Below, piece after piece: positions 18,026 through 29,497 of a DNA stretch of 64,000 nucleotides. The notes below the pieces were generated by a model. The model was not told where the DNA came from. It worked only from the letters and a program-made list of their open reading frames with translations, and ran no database searches. The translations under genes and the position numbers were made by a program. Origin of the DNA: an uncultured Candidatus Saccharibacteria bacterium (GTDB lineage: Bacteria > Patescibacteriota > Minisyncoccia > Phycocordibacterales > PCTT01). The stretch is taken from positions 16,463-80,462 of the forward strand of contig CAZMIM010000003.1 in NCBI GenBank assembly GCA_964566505.1, given 5' to 3'. Within the stretch, counting starts at the first letter, position 1. Each line of letters begins with the position of its first letter.

Positions 18026-21000
18026 ATGACTCAAACATATTCACAACCAGGTATGAAGAATCCAGAGGACTTCGACATGATGACAATCAAGCTCGCGTCT
18101 CCTGAGAAGATTCTTGAATGGTCACACGGAGAGGTGACAAAGCCTGAAACAATCAACTACCGAACACAACGAAGTGAAAAGAACGGTCTCTTTGATGAGA
18201 AAATCTTTGGACCAGGGAAAGACTACGAGTGTTACTGTGGAAAATATCGAGGCATCCGATACAAAGGAATCACATGTGAGAAGTGTGGTGTAGATGTAAC
18301 TCGTTCTATTGTTCGACGAGAGCGAATGGGGCACATTGCACTAGCATCTCCTGTGTCACATGTATGGTTCCTACGAAGCATTCCATCACGAATGGCTCTT
18401 GTTCTAGGAGTAACATCATCAGCTCTTGAAAAGGTGATTTACTTTGCGGGGTACATCGTTACAGAAGTAAAAGAGGATGAGCGAGCACGAATCCTAAAAG
18501 AGCTTGCTTCTGAGTACAAGACAAAGCTAAAAACACTTAAAGACGACAAGTCAAAAGATGCACTAAAAGAAGCGTATCTTTCTACAAAGCGAGAAATTGA
18601 AAGTATTCAAAAAGGCTCAATCATTGGAGACACAGAGTACGGACGCTTTGAGATGAAGTATGGAACAATGTTTTCTGCAGATATTGGAGCAGAAGCAATT
18701 TACAATATTTTTAAAGGTATCGACCTTTCAGCTCTTATTACAGAACTTGAGACTCGATATGAAAAAGCAGGAAAGGGAGAGCGAGAGAAAATCAACAAAA
18801 GACTAACGCTTCTTCGTTCAATGCACAAAGCAGGAATTCGTCCTGAATGGATGTTCCTACAACATATTCCGATTCTACCGCCAGCGCTTCGGCCAATGGT
18901 GGCTCTTGATGGTGGACGACACGCTACATCAGATGTAAACGATCTTTATCGTCGTGTAATCAACCGAAACAATCGACTGAAAAAGCTTCAGGCAATCAAT
19001 GCACCGCATGTGATTTTGCGAAACGAGAAGCGAATTCTTCAAGAGGCAGTTGATGCTCTTATCGACAACTCTATCAGACGACGAACTGGTTCATATATGT
19101 CAGGACCTGGTTCTCGACGACCACTTAAGTCACTTTCTGACAACCTAAAAGGAAAGCAGGGAATCTTCCGACAAAACCTACTTGGAAAGCGAGTAGACTA
19201 CTCAGGACGTTCTGTGATTGTGGTTGGTCCGGATCTAGAGCTTGATGAGTGTGGACTTCCAAAGCACATGGCACTTGAGTTATTCCGACCATTTATTATT
19301 TCAGAGCTTCTAGAGCGAGAGCTTGCTTACAACATTCGAGGTGCGAACCGACTTATCGACGAGGGTATTCCAGAAGTATGGGCAATCCTTGAAGATGTGA
19401 TTAAAGACAAGTATGTGCTTCTAAACCGAGCACCAACACTTCACCGACTTGGTATTCAGGCATTCCGACCAGTTCTTATTGAAGGTCTTGCTATTCAAGT
19501 ACACCCACTTGTATGTACAGCCTTTAACGCGGACTTCGACGGTGACCAGATGGCCGTTCACGTACCACTTTCAAAAGAGGCACAGCTCGAGGCCAAGGAA
19601 ATCATGGCTTCTGACAAAAACATTCTAAAGCCAGGAGATGGACGACCAGTGCCATCTGCAAAGATGCTCGATATTCTTTTGGGATGTTATTGGATGACAA
19701 AGATGGTTCCAGGTAAAAAGGGAGAAGGAAAGATTTTCCCAGATCCAAACCACGCTATTTCTGCATTTGATTATGGAGAGGTAGACTTCCGAGCATCAAT
19801 CAAGGTGATGGCAACACATCACAAAAAGTACGAGCAATTCGAAGGAGGACTATTTGAAACAACAGTAGGACGACTTCTATTCAACAGTGTGCTTCCAAAA
19901 GACTTCCCATACATCAACAAAGAAATCGACAAATCACTTATGCATAGTGTGGTTGACGAGCTGATTGAGGTATATGGAACACAGCGTCTTCCAAAGATTC
20001 TCGACAAGATTAAAAACTTTGGATTCAAGTACGCAACATTTGCTGGTATTACATGGGGGCTTGATGATATTCAGGCGCCAGAAGAAAAAGAAAAGATTAT
20101 TGCTGACGCACGAAAGAAAGTAGACGAAGTAGTTGAGCAATTCAACGAAGGTCTTCTATCATCAGATGAGCGAAAGCGAAAGAGTGTTGAGATTTGGCAC
20201 AAGGTAAAGGATGATATTGAGGAGCTTATTCCAAATACACTTGATGACAACGGTTCAGTATATGACATGTGGAAGTCAGGTGCTCGAGGTTCTCTTTCAC
20301 AAATTACTGCTATGGCAGGAATGAAGGGACTTATTGCAAACAACAAGGGAGAAACTATTGAGTTCCCAATTACAACATCTTCAAAAGAAGGACACACACC
20401 TATTGAGTACTTTATTACAACTCACGGTTCACGAAAGGGTCTTACAGACACCGCTCTTAACACAGCGCACGCCGGATATCTTACTCGACGACTGTTTGAC
20501 GTGTCACAAGATGTTGTTGTTACAGAAGATGACTGTAAGAGTAAAGATTCAGTTACAGTACGAGAAGAAAATCTATCAGGTATTACAGTTCCACTTTCAA
20601 AGAATGCTTCAGGACGATTCCTTGCAGCAGACGTAAAAGACGCGAAAGGAAATACTCTATTTAAGAAAGGAGACTTCCTTACAAAGACAGATGCTCTTGC
20701 AATTGAAGAAGCAGGTGTTGAAGAGGTAGAAGTACGTTCACCAATCACATGTGCTACAAAGCAAGGTGTATGTCGTTTATGTTACGGAGTTGACCACGGA
20801 ACAAACGAGCCAGTAGAGCTCGGAGAGGCAGTGGGAACAGTAGCTGCTCAAGCTATTGGAGAGCCTGGAACACAGCTTACTATGCGTACCTTCCACGCCG
20901 GAGGTGCAGCGTCAGTAGGAGGTGACATTACTATGGGTCTTCCACGTGTGGTTGAAATCTTTGAGCGACGAATTCCAAAGAACCCAGCAGTTATCTCACA

Positions 21001-21715
21001 TGTTTCAGGAACAGTGGCTGATATTAAAGACGCAGGTCGCGGAGGAAAGATTATCGAGATTATTCCAGACGAGGAGTACAAGAAAAAGAAACTCAAAAAA
21101 GACGAGAGCGAGATGTACCAGTACCCAGTAAACCTACGACGAATGGTTCTTATCAAGAAGGGAGACCAAGTAGAAAAGGGTCAGATGCTTACTGACGGTT
21201 CTGCTGACCTCAAAGAACTATTCAAGTTTGCAGGAAAAGAGGCAACACAAAACTACATCATTCATGAGATTGGAAAGATTTATGAGGTGCAAGGTGCGCC
21301 AGTATCACGAAAACACATTGAGGTGATTATTCGACAAATGTTCTCACGAGCAAAAGTCAAAAACGCAGGTGATACAGACTTCTCAATCGGACAGGTTGTA
21401 GAAAATGCTGTACTAGAGCGAGTAAACACTAATGCAAAGGATGCAGGTCTAACTCCAGCAAAAGCAGACCCACTGATTATGGGAATTACAGAGGTTGCTC
21501 TGACACGACAAAGTTTCCTATCTGCAGCATCATTCCAGCACACTACTCGTATCCTTATCGATGCAGCAACAAGAGGAACAAAGGATCCACTAAATGGATT
21601 GAAAGAAAATATTATTATCGGACGATTGATTCCTGCAGGAACAGGATTTGAAGGAAGTCAGAAAGCGTCAATGATTGACGAACTGCACCAAGAAGCAGAA
21701 GAGAACGAAGAATAA
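18026..21715 (+). CDS. rpoC: DNA-directed RNA polymerase subunit beta'
   Basis: NADFDGDQM, zinc finger CYC..CEKC, GEPGTQLTMRTFH. Confidence 0.98.
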   Translation: MTQTYSQPGMKNPEDFDMMTIKLASPEKILEWSHGEVTKPETINYRTQRSEKNGLFDEKIFGPGKDYECYCGKYRGIRYKGITCEKCGVDVTRSIVRRERMGHIALASPVSHVWFLRSIPSRMALVLGVTSSALEKVIYFAGYIVTEVKEDERARILKELASEYKTKLKTLKDDKSKDALKEAYLSTKREIESIQKGSIIGDTEYGRFEMKYGTMFSADIGAEAIYNIFKGIDLSALITELETRYEKAGKGEREKINKRLTLLRSMHKAGIRPEWMFLQHIPILPPALRPMVALDGGRHATSDVNDLYRRVINRNNRLKKLQAINAPHVILRNEKRILQEAVDALIDNSIRRRTGSYMSGPGSRRPLKSLSDNLKGKQGIFRQNLLGKRVDYSGRSVIVVGPDLELDECGLPKHMALELFRPFIISELLERELAYNIRGANRLIDEGIPEVWAILEDVIKDKYVLLNRAPTLHRLGIQAFRPVLIEGLAIQVHPLVCTAFNADFDGDQMAVHVPLSKEAQLEAKEIMASDKNILKPGDGRPVPSAKMLDILLGCYWMTKMVPGKKGEGKIFPDPNHAISAFDYGEVDFRASIKVMATHHKKYEQFEGGLFETTVGRLLFNSVLPKDFPYINKEIDKSLMHSVVDELIEVYGTQRLPKILDKIKNFGFKYATFAGITWGLDDIQAPEEKEKIIADARKKVDEVVEQFNEGLLSSDERKRKSVEIWHKVKDDIEELIPNTLDDNGSVYDMWKSGARGSLSQITAMAGMKGLIANNKGETIEFPITTSSKEGHTPIEYFITTHGSRKGLTDTALNTAHAGYLTRRLFDVSQDVVVTEDDCKSKDSVTVREENLSGITVPLSKNASGRFLAADVKDAKGNTLFKKGDFLTKTDALAIEEAGVEEVEVRSPITCATKQGVCRLCYGVDHGTNEPVELGEAVGTVAAQAIGEPGTQLTMRTFHAGGAASVGGDITMGLPRVVEIFERRIPKNPAVISHVSGTVADIKDAGRGGKIIEIIPDEEYKKKKLKKDESEMYQYPVNLRRMVLIKKGDQVEKGQMLTDGSADLKELFKFAGKEATQNYIIHEIGKIYEVQGAPVSRKHIEVIIRQMFSRAKVKNAGDTDFSIGQVVENAVLERVNTNAKDAGLTPAKADPLIMGITEVALTRQSFLSAASFQHTTRILIDAATRGTKDPLNGLKENIIIGRLIPAGTGFEGSQKASMIDELHQEAEENEE

Positions 21716-21763
21716 GGTTCTTGGAAAAGCCGTGGTAGCACTACCACATCAAAAGATTGTGTA

Positions 21764-23503
21764 ATGTCTGACGTAGATCGTATAAAAGAACGACTCAGTA
21801 TTGTTGATGTGCTTTCCTCATATATAACGCTTGAAAAGGCGGGAATGGGATATAAAGCACGATGCCCTTTTCATGCTGAAAAAACTCCGTCATTTCACAT
21901 ATCTGCAGACCGTGGACTCTACTACTGTTTTGGGTGTGGTGCGAAGGGTGATATTTTCAGCTTCGTACAAGACTATGAAAGCACAGACTTTCAGGGAGCA
22001 CTTAAGATACTTGCGGACAAGGCGGGCATAGAGCTTTCAGGAGGACGCTCAGATGGAACAAGCAAAGACGAGCGAGACAGAATGCATAATGTGCTCGAGC
22101 GAGCGACATTGTTCTTTGAATCAAATATACGCGACAACAAAGTAGTACAAGACTATCTTCAGTCTCGTGGTATTAAACCTGATGCTGTTTCAAATTTCAG
22201 GATTGGATACGCGCCTGACTCATGGGATGCTCTGTATGAGCACTTGCTTAAAGAGGGTGTTATAGAGAAAGACATGGAGACAGTTGGTCTTATAAAGAGA
22301 AAGGAGAAGCAGACGGATAATTCTCGGGGGTATTATGATCGGTTTCGTAACCGTATTATGTTCCCAATCACTGATTCGAGCGGGCGAGTTGTTGGATTTT
22401 CTGGTAGAACACTTGATAAAAGCGACTCAGTTCCAAAATACATAAACTCACCAGAGACACCTCTTTATAACAAGTCTGATGTGCTCTTTGGTTACGACAA
22501 AGCGCGCGAGCATATCAAAAAGGCCAAGCAATGTATTTTGGTAGAAGGTCAGATTGATTTGGTACTTCTGCATCAAGAAGGCTTCCCATACTCTGTGGCA
22601 GTATCTGGTACAAGCTTTACCGGCTCTCACTTGAAAAAGATTATGAGACTTGCGAATACGCTGGTGCTCGCATTTGATAGAGACAGGGCAGGAGTGGCAT
22701 CAATGATGCGTTCTGCTACGCTAGCACTTTCAATGGGTATGGATGTAAAGACGCTTATATTTCCAGAGAAGAGTGACCCAGCAGATATTGTGAGCTCTGA
22801 CATTGAGAAGTGGAAGAAGATTCACAGAGAGGCGCTTCATGTAATAGATGTATTGCTTAGAGAAATAAGAGTTCGCGCATCAAGCGAGCGTGACTATTGG
22901 CTCCGTGTTTCAAAGCATGTACTTCCGCTTATCGCGGTAATGCCAAATGCAATTGATCGCTCACACTTTATAAAGAGAGTGCGTGAAGAGACAGATATAC
23001 CAGAAGATGCGGTAGCAAGTGAGATAGAGAAGCTTATGAAGGGCGCTGTACAAAAGGAAAAAGTAGAGGCGCCACAGAATGCTACTCAAAAACCTTTTGT
23101 TTCTAGAAAAGAATCTATTCTAAAGACACTACACGCTATTATTCTTTGGCAAGACACATCAAAGGAAGGCAGTATTGACACAAAGGTTCTTGTAAATAAT
23201 ATTCAAGAGATTGTAGGTGAGGGAGCTTCGGCACCACCGTCTGAAGAAGAACTTAATGAATATGTTTTTAGGGCAGAGCAGTTTTATGAAAACAATGATT
23301 CATTAGAGAAAGATGTAGAAGAGCTAGTTCTTGGACTTAGGGAAGAATCTATCACAGAGCGTTTAGGAGAGCTTACAAAGGAAATACGTTCTGCTGAGAA
23401 AGATAAAAATATTGAATTGAAGAAGCAATTATTAGCTAATTACCAAGAATTATCAGTCTCATTAGAGAATGTAAAACAAGAGATAAAAAGTCGAATTATT
23501 TAA
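21764..23503 (+). CDS. dnaG: DNA primase
   Basis: CPFH...CFGC zinc finger, YDRFRNR, KYINSPET, TOPRIM VEGQID and FDRD. Confidence 0.96.
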   Translation: MSDVDRIKERLSIVDVLSSYITLEKAGMGYKARCPFHAEKTPSFHISADRGLYYCFGCGAKGDIFSFVQDYESTDFQGALKILADKAGIELSGGRSDGTSKDERDRMHNVLERATLFFESNIRDNKVVQDYLQSRGIKPDAVSNFRIGYAPDSWDALYEHLLKEGVIEKDMETVGLIKRKEKQTDNSRGYYDRFRNRIMFPITDSSGRVVGFSGRTLDKSDSVPKYINSPETPLYNKSDVLFGYDKAREHIKKAKQCILVEGQIDLVLLHQEGFPYSVAVSGTSFTGSHLKKIMRLANTLVLAFDRDRAGVASMMRSATLALSMGMDVKTLIFPEKSDPADIVSSDIEKWKKIHREALHVIDVLLREIRVRASSERDYWLRVSKHVLPLIAVMPNAIDRSHFIKRVREETDIPEDAVASEIEKLMKGAVQKEKVEAPQNATQKPFVSRKESILKTLHAIILWQDTSKEGSIDTKVLVNNIQEIVGEGASAPPSEEELNEYVFRAEQFYENNDSLEKDVEELVLGLREESITERLGELTKEIRSAEKDKNIELKKQLLANYQELSVSLENVKQEIKSRII

Positions 23504-23512
23504 TATATACAA

Positions 23513-24940
23513 ATGGCAAAAGCAAAAACAACCACAAAAAAGAATACTAAGTCTAAAGCAAAAAAATCTACAAAGACTACTAAAAAAGCGGTCAAAACCC
23601 GCCTGAAACGACGCGTAGTCGGGCAGGAAACCGTAAAGAAGGTAGCAAAAAAGTCTAGCAAAAAAGCTACGCCAAAGAAAAAAACAACCATAAAAAAGAA
23701 AGCTACACCAAAAAAGAAGGTAGCTAAGAAAAAAACAACAACTAAGAAAAAGAGTGTTACAAAAAAAGCTGTGAAAAAGACAGCTAAAGCGGCTACACCA
23801 AAAAAGAAAGTTGCAAAAAAGACAGCAACTAAAAAGGAAAAAGTTTTAACACCAAAACAAAAGCGTGCTGAACGAAGAAAGAAAGAGAAAATCAAACTTC
23901 TAACTGGAATGGGGCAGGAGAGAGGCTTTGTTACATACGATGAGATTCTAAAAGTATTTAATACTATTGAGGATGATATTGTTCTTCTTGAAGAAATATA
24001 TGAGACATTCAATGAAGTAGGTATTGATGTTATTGAAGGAGGAGGACTTCTTTCTCTTGGAAATGAAGATGATGATAGTTCTAGTCCATATAAATCAAAA
24101 GGTTCGTCTGTACATGACTCTATTCAGATGTATTTAAAGGAGATTGGTAAGTATGAGCTCATTGATGCAGATATGGAGAAAGATCTTGCGCGTCGTATTG
24201 AGGCGGGAGATGAAGAGGCAAAGAATGTTTTGGCACGAGCAAACCTTCGTCTTGTGGTATCTATTGCAAAGAAATATGCATCTCGAAGCTCAAACCTAAC
24301 ACTTCTTGATCTTATCCAAGAAGGTAACCTAGGACTCTTTAAAGCGGTAGATAAATTCGACTATTCTCGAGGATTTAAATTCTCAACATATGCTACATGG
24401 TGGATTCGCCAAGCTATCACTCGGGCGCTTGCAGACCAGTCACGAACTATTCGTATTCCTGTTCACATGGTGGAGACGATTGCAAAATACAAAAGAGTGG
24501 TGCGACAGCTATCACAAGACCTTGGACGCGACCCGCTTCCTGAGGAGATTGCAATGGAGATGGGGCTTGATATCAAGAAGATTCACACCATTGAAAAGAT
24601 TAAGCAAAACACAGTATCACTTGAAACTCCCGTAGGAGACGCAAGCGACGACAGCTCAACTCTAGGGGACTTTATTGCGGATGAGCATTTGGACTCACCA
24701 GACAAAGAAGCATCACACAGAATTCTTCAAGAGCATGTAACGCAGATTCTTGATGATCTTACGCCAAAAGAGCGAAAGATTCTCGAGATGCGCGTTGGAC
24801 TTACTGACGGTATCTCTCACACACTTGAAGAGGTAGGTAAAGAATTCTCAGTGACTCGTGAGCGTATCAGACAGATTGAAGCAAAGGCCCATGAAAAAAT
24901 AAGACAACACGAAAAATCTCAGTGGCTTAAGAACTTTTAA
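23513..24940 (+). CDS. rpoD: Primary sigma-70 factor with Lys/Ala/Thr-rich N-terminal extension
   Basis: [42 protein letters not shown]; follows dnaG. Confidence 0.93.
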   Translation: MAKAKTTTKKNTKSKAKKSTKTTKKAVKTRLKRRVVGQETVKKVAKKSSKKATPKKKTTIKKKATPKKKVAKKKTTTKKKSVTKKAVKKTAKAATPKKKVAKKTATKKEKVLTPKQKRAERRKKEKIKLLTGMGQERGFVTYDEILKVFNTIEDDIVLLEEIYETFNEVGIDVIEGGGLLSLGNEDDDSSSPYKSKGSSVHDSIQMYLKEIGKYELIDADMEKDLARRIEAGDEEAKNVLARANLRLVVSIAKKYASRSSNLTLLDLIQEGNLGLFKAVDKFDYSRGFKFSTYATWWIRQAITRALADQSRTIRIPVHMVETIAKYKRVVRQLSQDLGRDPLPEEIAMEMGLDIKKIHTIEKIKQNTVSLETPVGDASDDSSTLGDFIADEHLDSPDKEASHRILQEHVTQILDDLTPKERKILEMRVGLTDGISHTLEEVGKEFSVTRERIRQIEAKAHEKIRQHEKSQWLKNF

Positions 24941-24945
24941 GGTAA

Positions 24946-24977
24946 AAACGGCTCATCTTCTAGAAGATGAGCCGTTT
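24946..24977. repeat. REP-like palindrome / terminator (AACGGCTCA family)
   Basis: AAACGGCTCATCTTCTAGAAGATGAGCCGTTT, perfect palindrome. Confidence 0.75.
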
Positions 24978-24991
24978 GTTATAATGTGTAT

Positions 24992-27979
24992 ATGAGTAAT
25001 TCAGGGGTGTTTACAAAACTCTATAATGGCCTCAACAAAGCCCAAAAGAAAGCCGTTGATACCATAGATGGTCCTGTGATGGTGGTTGCTGGGCCTGGAA
25101 CAGGTAAAACTACTGTTTTAACGCTTCGTATAGCAAATATACTTTTGCAAACAGATACAGCGCCTGAGCAGATTATCGCGCTTACATTTACAGAATCAGG
25201 AGTAGTGTCGATGCGTAAAAAACTCTATTCAATAATTGGAGCTGACGCATACAGAGTGCATATTCATACATTCCATAGTTTTTCTAATGAGGTAATAGGG
25301 AGGTTTCCTGATTATTTTCCACGTATTATTGGTTCACGTCCTGCAACAGAAATAGACACTATTCGTATTGTAGAAGAGGTTTTGGAAAATGGAACTTTTG
25401 AAAAACTGCGACCATATGGAGATAGTTCATATTATGTACGACCGATTCTCTCTGCAATATCACACCTAAAGCGTGATGCTGTTACTCCTGATGCTTTTTC
25501 TGAAATAACAAAAGAAGAAAAAGAAGCCTTTGAATCAACGCCAGATCTATATTATGAAAGCGGTGTTCATGTTGGGAAAATGCGTGGAAAATATACTCGT
25601 CAGGCAAAATATATCGAAAAAAACGAAGAGCTTGAGGTGGTGTATCGTGAATATGAAGACGCTCTCCAAAGACAAAGCCTCTATGACTTTGACGACATGA
25701 TTCTTGAGGTAATAAAGAAAATGGAATCAGACGATGAGTTTAAACTTGTTCTCCAAGAGGAGTATCAATATGTTTTGGCTGATGAGCATCAAGACGCAAA
25801 CAATTCACAAAATACACTACTAGAGCTTTTGTGCGACTTTTATGAAAGACCGAATCTATTTATTGTGGGAGATGAGAAGCAAGCTATTTTCCGCTTTCAA
25901 GGCGCATCGCTTGAGAACTTTTTATACTTTAAAGATCGCTATGAAGATGTAGAGCTTATTGCGCTTACTCACAACTATCGCTCTACACAAACTGTATTGG
26001 ACAGTGCTCATGAGCTAATACAAAACAACAAAGAGCTTGATCATGTTCCTTTGGTGAGTGCTAAATCTCTTTTAGAGCAAGACATACGGCTTTCTATTTA
26101 TCCGCATGTACACGATGAATACGCGGGTCTTGTGTCTAATATATTGGAGCTTCAGGAAAAAGGAGTACAGCTAGATGAGATTGCTGTTTTGTTTCGAGAC
26201 AACAAAGAAGCACTTATGATTGCCCCATATTTTGATAGAGCAGGCATCACATACTCTGTGGCTGGTGATATGGCGCTCTTTTCAAATGAAGATATAACAA
26301 AGCTGGTAACAATTATTCGTGCAGTTTCTGCAGGAAATGATGAACGGCTACTACTAGAGATGCTATCTGTAGATTTTCTTGGCGTGCATCATATAGATGT
26401 ATATAAAGCGCTTGAATATGCGAGAAAGGATAAAAAGACTCTTCTTGAGGTGCTTCTTGATAAAAAACTTCTTTCGCGCGCTAACGTTAAGGATGTAGAT
26501 ACTATTTGTGGTGTGGCAGAGCTTTTTGATAGGTTTGTTTCAAAAGCAAAAAACAAATCACTTCTTTCTGTTTTGGAGCTTATCGCTCGAGAGTCTGGAT
26601 TTATTGATAGCCTTTTGGGTAATAGTGGTTCTGTGGAGAGGTTGAAGTTTGTGGATGGTTTGTATCGCGAGGCAGAGAATGTTTCAAAGAGCAACGAAGA
26701 AGCAAAGCTTGCTGATTTTGTGGAGTATATAGACATGCTTGGTGCGTACAATATACGCCCAACGGTTTCATCTCCACGTACAGATGGAGTAAGGCTTATG
26801 ACCGCACACAAATCAAAAGGATTAGAGTTTGATTATGTTTTCATTTCAGGACTTGTGGACGGTGTATGGGGAGGAAGACGTTCTAGAACACTTTTTGAAA
26901 CCACTGATTCTCGTGTCGCTCTCTCATCATCTACAGAAGACGATGATGAGCGCAGGCTCCTTTATGTAGCGCTCACACGAGCACGACAAGGTGTGTATTT
27001 GAGCTATCCGCTACAAGATGGAGATAGTAGAGATAGAATCGCTTCTCGGTTTATTGGAGAGCTCAAAGATGAGCTTATAGACTCTGTAGAGATAGAGGCT
27101 GATACCAAAACAATTGAAAAGAAATATCATAAGCGTGTTGATACGCGAGCAAGCGTATATGAAAAAGAATATGTACAAAAGCGTTTCTTAGAACGAGGTC
27201 TTTCTGTAACGGGTATAAACAACTACTTATCATGTCCGTGGAAATATTTTTATCAAAATATTGTTCGTATTCCTACTCCTCAAAATAAGTTTTTGATATT
27301 TGGTACGGCAGTGCATAAGGCGCTTCGGTACTATTTTGACGCACACAAAGAGGGGAAAGATATCTCACCTGAAGATGCATATAAATATTTTGTGGATGTT
27401 CTGCCAAGCTATCTTATGTCACGAACAGATTATCGCGAGCTAAAAACAAAAGGAGAAAAGGCAATCATTGGGTATCTACAATCAGCAAAAGAAGGTTGGG
27501 AAAAGGATATACATAATGAGCTTCGTATCAATGGAATTATGCTTCCTGTGAAATATAAAAAGGAGAATTTTGAAGTGCCACTTACTGGTGCTCTTGATAA
27601 AGTTGTAGTAGGGGATGATGGTCTGCGTGTGGTTGACTATAAGACAGGAAAGCCAAAGTCACGAAATGACATAGAAGGTAAAACAAAATCATCTAATGGG
27701 GACTATAAAAGACAGCTTGTCTTTTATAAACTTCTTCTTGATGAGTACAGAAATGGGAAGTTTAATATGACAGAGGGTGAGATTTCTTTTGTAGAGCCTG
27801 ACCCCAAGGGAGAGTATAGACATGAGGTATTTGAAGTTACTTCTGATGAGGTTCGGGAGCTTAAAGAGCAAGCACAAGAAGTGGCTGGAGAGATATATAC
27901 GCTAGCCTTTTGGAATAAGCGATGCGATGACAAAGATTGTGATTTTTGTGCACTTCGTAACAAAACAATTCAAAAATAA
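24992..27979 (+). CDS. UvrD/PcrA-family ATP-dependent helicase fused to C-terminal PD-(D/E)XK nuclease
   Basis: AGPGTGKT, DEHQD, GDEKQAIFRFQGA, HKSKGLEF, YVALTRAR; nuclease GALD..VDYKTG..QL..Y with CP...C..C..C cysteines. Confidence 0.9.
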   Translation: MSNSGVFTKLYNGLNKAQKKAVDTIDGPVMVVAGPGTGKTTVLTLRIANILLQTDTAPEQIIALTFTESGVVSMRKKLYSIIGADAYRVHIHTFHSFSNEVIGRFPDYFPRIIGSRPATEIDTIRIVEEVLENGTFEKLRPYGDSSYYVRPILSAISHLKRDAVTPDAFSEITKEEKEAFESTPDLYYESGVHVGKMRGKYTRQAKYIEKNEELEVVYREYEDALQRQSLYDFDDMILEVIKKMESDDEFKLVLQEEYQYVLADEHQDANNSQNTLLELLCDFYERPNLFIVGDEKQAIFRFQGASLENFLYFKDRYEDVELIALTHNYRSTQTVLDSAHELIQNNKELDHVPLVSAKSLLEQDIRLSIYPHVHDEYAGLVSNILELQEKGVQLDEIAVLFRDNKEALMIAPYFDRAGITYSVAGDMALFSNEDITKLVTIIRAVSAGNDERLLLEMLSVDFLGVHHIDVYKALEYARKDKKTLLEVLLDKKLLSRANVKDVDTICGVAELFDRFVSKAKNKSLLSVLELIARESGFIDSLLGNSGSVERLKFVDGLYREAENVSKSNEEAKLADFVEYIDMLGAYNIRPTVSSPRTDGVRLMTAHKSKGLEFDYVFISGLVDGVWGGRRSRTLFETTDSRVALSSSTEDDDERRLLYVALTRARQGVYLSYPLQDGDSRDRIASRFIGELKDELIDSVEIEADTKTIEKKYHKRVDTRASVYEKEYVQKRFLERGLSVTGINNYLSCPWKYFYQNIVRIPTPQNKFLIFGTAVHKALRYYFDAHKEGKDISPEDAYKYFVDVLPSYLMSRTDYRELKTKGEKAIIGYLQSAKEGWEKDIHNELRINGIMLPVKYKKENFEVPLTGALDKVVVGDDGLRVVDYKTGKPKSRNDIEGKTKSSNGDYKRQLVFYKLLLDEYRNGKFNMTEGEISFVEPDPKGEYRHEVFEVTSDEVRELKEQAQEVAGEIYTLAFWNKRCDDKDCDFCALRNKTIQK

Positions 27980-28010
27980 AAAAGACACTCATTTCTGAGT
28001 GTCTTTTTTA
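27977..28010. terminator. Bidirectional intrinsic terminator
   Basis: TAAAAAAGACACTCA-TTTC-TGAGTGTCTTTTTTA between convergent genes. Confidence 0.75.
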
Positions 28011-28018
28011 TGAGAATA

Positions 28019-28813
28019 TTATTGCTCTCTGTCTATCAATAGCTCAATTATTGATATAACAGCGCTTCTTTGAAGTCCTCCACTAAATGAGATTCGCATT
28101 CTGTCGTCTGAGATTTGAACAGAGTTTGGTGGGAACTGTGAACGAATGTCTTGAAGCTCTGTAAATACTTCTTCTGAGAAAGGCTCTTTTACAGTAAACA
28201 CATTGAACGGAGTTCCTCGTCCTCCTGCATCTATTGCGTCTTCAAGGTGTGCATCAACAAAATCATTGTGTCGTCCACTGTCTTGGCACTCATTGAATGC
28301 ATCTACATCAAGCCCTACGTATTCTGCAATCTCTGGAAGTAGGTCGAGATCAAGTCCGTTGTTTCCTGGTGTAATCTCAAAGAGCCGGTCTGAGTATGCC
28401 CAGAATGCTTCGTTTCCTCCTTGCTCATATGCACATTCAGCTGCATGCGCTTCCCGTACTGCTTTTGGATGAATATTTTTAAGTGGGAAGTGTCGGAACA
28501 CCCATGCAAAATCATTTGTTCCTTCGTATTGCTCCACAACCTCCATAAGTGTTGAGTGGAATTGCTTACAGAAAGGACACTCGAAGTCTGAGTACTCTAC
28601 TAGCACCACCGATGCATCCATGTTTCCAACAATTCGGTCATTTTCTGTAACTGGTTCAATAGAAAGAGCTACTGTGCCAGATGGACTTGTGTTATTGTCT
28701 GGATTTCCTCCATTGTCTGGATTTGAAAATATTGTTCCAAGCGCAATAAGTGCACCTGCCACTACAATCGCTCCGGCGATAAGATATGTATTTGTCTGTT
28801 GATTACTGTTCAT
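28019..28813 (-). CDS. DsbA-family thioredoxin-fold protein, membrane anchored
   Basis: EYSDFECPFC, FRHFPL, GTP; N-terminal TM helix. Confidence 0.88.
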   Translation of the reverse strand: MNSNQQTNTYLIAGAIVVAGALIALGTIFSNPDNGGNPDNNTSPSGTVALSIEPVTENDRIVGNMDASVVLVEYSDFECPFCKQFHSTLMEVVEQYEGTNDFAWVFRHFPLKNIHPKAVREAHAAECAYEQGGNEAFWAYSDRLFEITPGNNGLDLDLLPEIAEYVGLDVDAFNECQDSGRHNDFVDAHLEDAIDAGGRGTPFNVFTVKEPFSEEVFTELQDIRSQFPPNSVQISDDRMRISFSGGLQRSAVISIIELLIDREQ

Positions 28814-28855
28814 AAAAGGCTATTATGTTTATAGTATTCTAAATATATCACAATT

Positions 28856-29473
28856 ATGGATTCCAAAGATAACAACAACATAAACAAAAAGTACGAAGTT
28901 TCCTTTGTAAAGGGTGTTATTGGCGATGATGAAATAATTGGCTCTGATATACCACAAATTGCTTTTGTGGGTCGTTCAAATGTAGGGAAATCAAGCACTA
29001 TTAATGCTCTATTGGGAGAAAAAGTTGCGTATCCTAGCAACACTCCAGGAAAGACAAGCGAAATAAACTATTTCTCTGTTACAGAAGGGGAGAATCATTG
29101 GTATGTAGTGGACCTTCCAGGATATGGGTTTGCACGTGTTAGCCAAAAAGCAGCAGAGAAATTCCGAAAAAGAATCATTTGGTATATCGCCGAGTCCGGA
29201 GCACGACCGGAGTATGTTGTCTTGGTTGTAGATTCGCGCAGAGGCATCACAGACCTTGACGCTGATATGCTCGAGATTCTTCGCGATGAGGGACATAATG
29301 CTGTTGTGGTGCTAAATAAAGTAGACAAGCTCAATCAAAAAGAGCGCGTAGTGCTTTTGCGAGACGCGGGGCATGAGCTCGAGTCGCTTGCTATGAGCAA
29401 CATTCCACTATTTGAGTGTTCAGCCCAAAATGGAAAGGGAATAGACAAACTAAAAACCTTCCTCTTCTCCTAA
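28856..29473 (+). CDS. engB: Ribosome biogenesis GTPase EngB/YihA/YsxC
   Basis: GRSNVGKSS, PGKT, DLPGYG, NKVD. Confidence 0.93.
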   Translation: MDSKDNNNINKKYEVSFVKGVIGDDEIIGSDIPQIAFVGRSNVGKSSTINALLGEKVAYPSNTPGKTSEINYFSVTEGENHWYVVDLPGYGFARVSQKAAEKFRKRIIWYIAESGARPEYVVLVVDSRRGITDLDADMLEILRDEGHNAVVVLNKVDKLNQKERVVLLRDAGHELESLAMSNIPLFECSAQNGKGIDKLKTFLFS

Positions 29474-29497
29474 AACCCCACACATAATTGTAAATTA

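Noticed and set aside
23500-24012. 170-aa hydrophobic minus-strand ORF
   Set aside because: Mirror image of the Lys-rich rpoD tail (AAA codons read as TTT).
27190-27979. Cas4-like nuclease suggesting CRISPR-Cas
   Set aside because: It is the C-terminal domain of a UvrD-type helicase; no cas genes or regularly spaced repeat-spacer array were seen.
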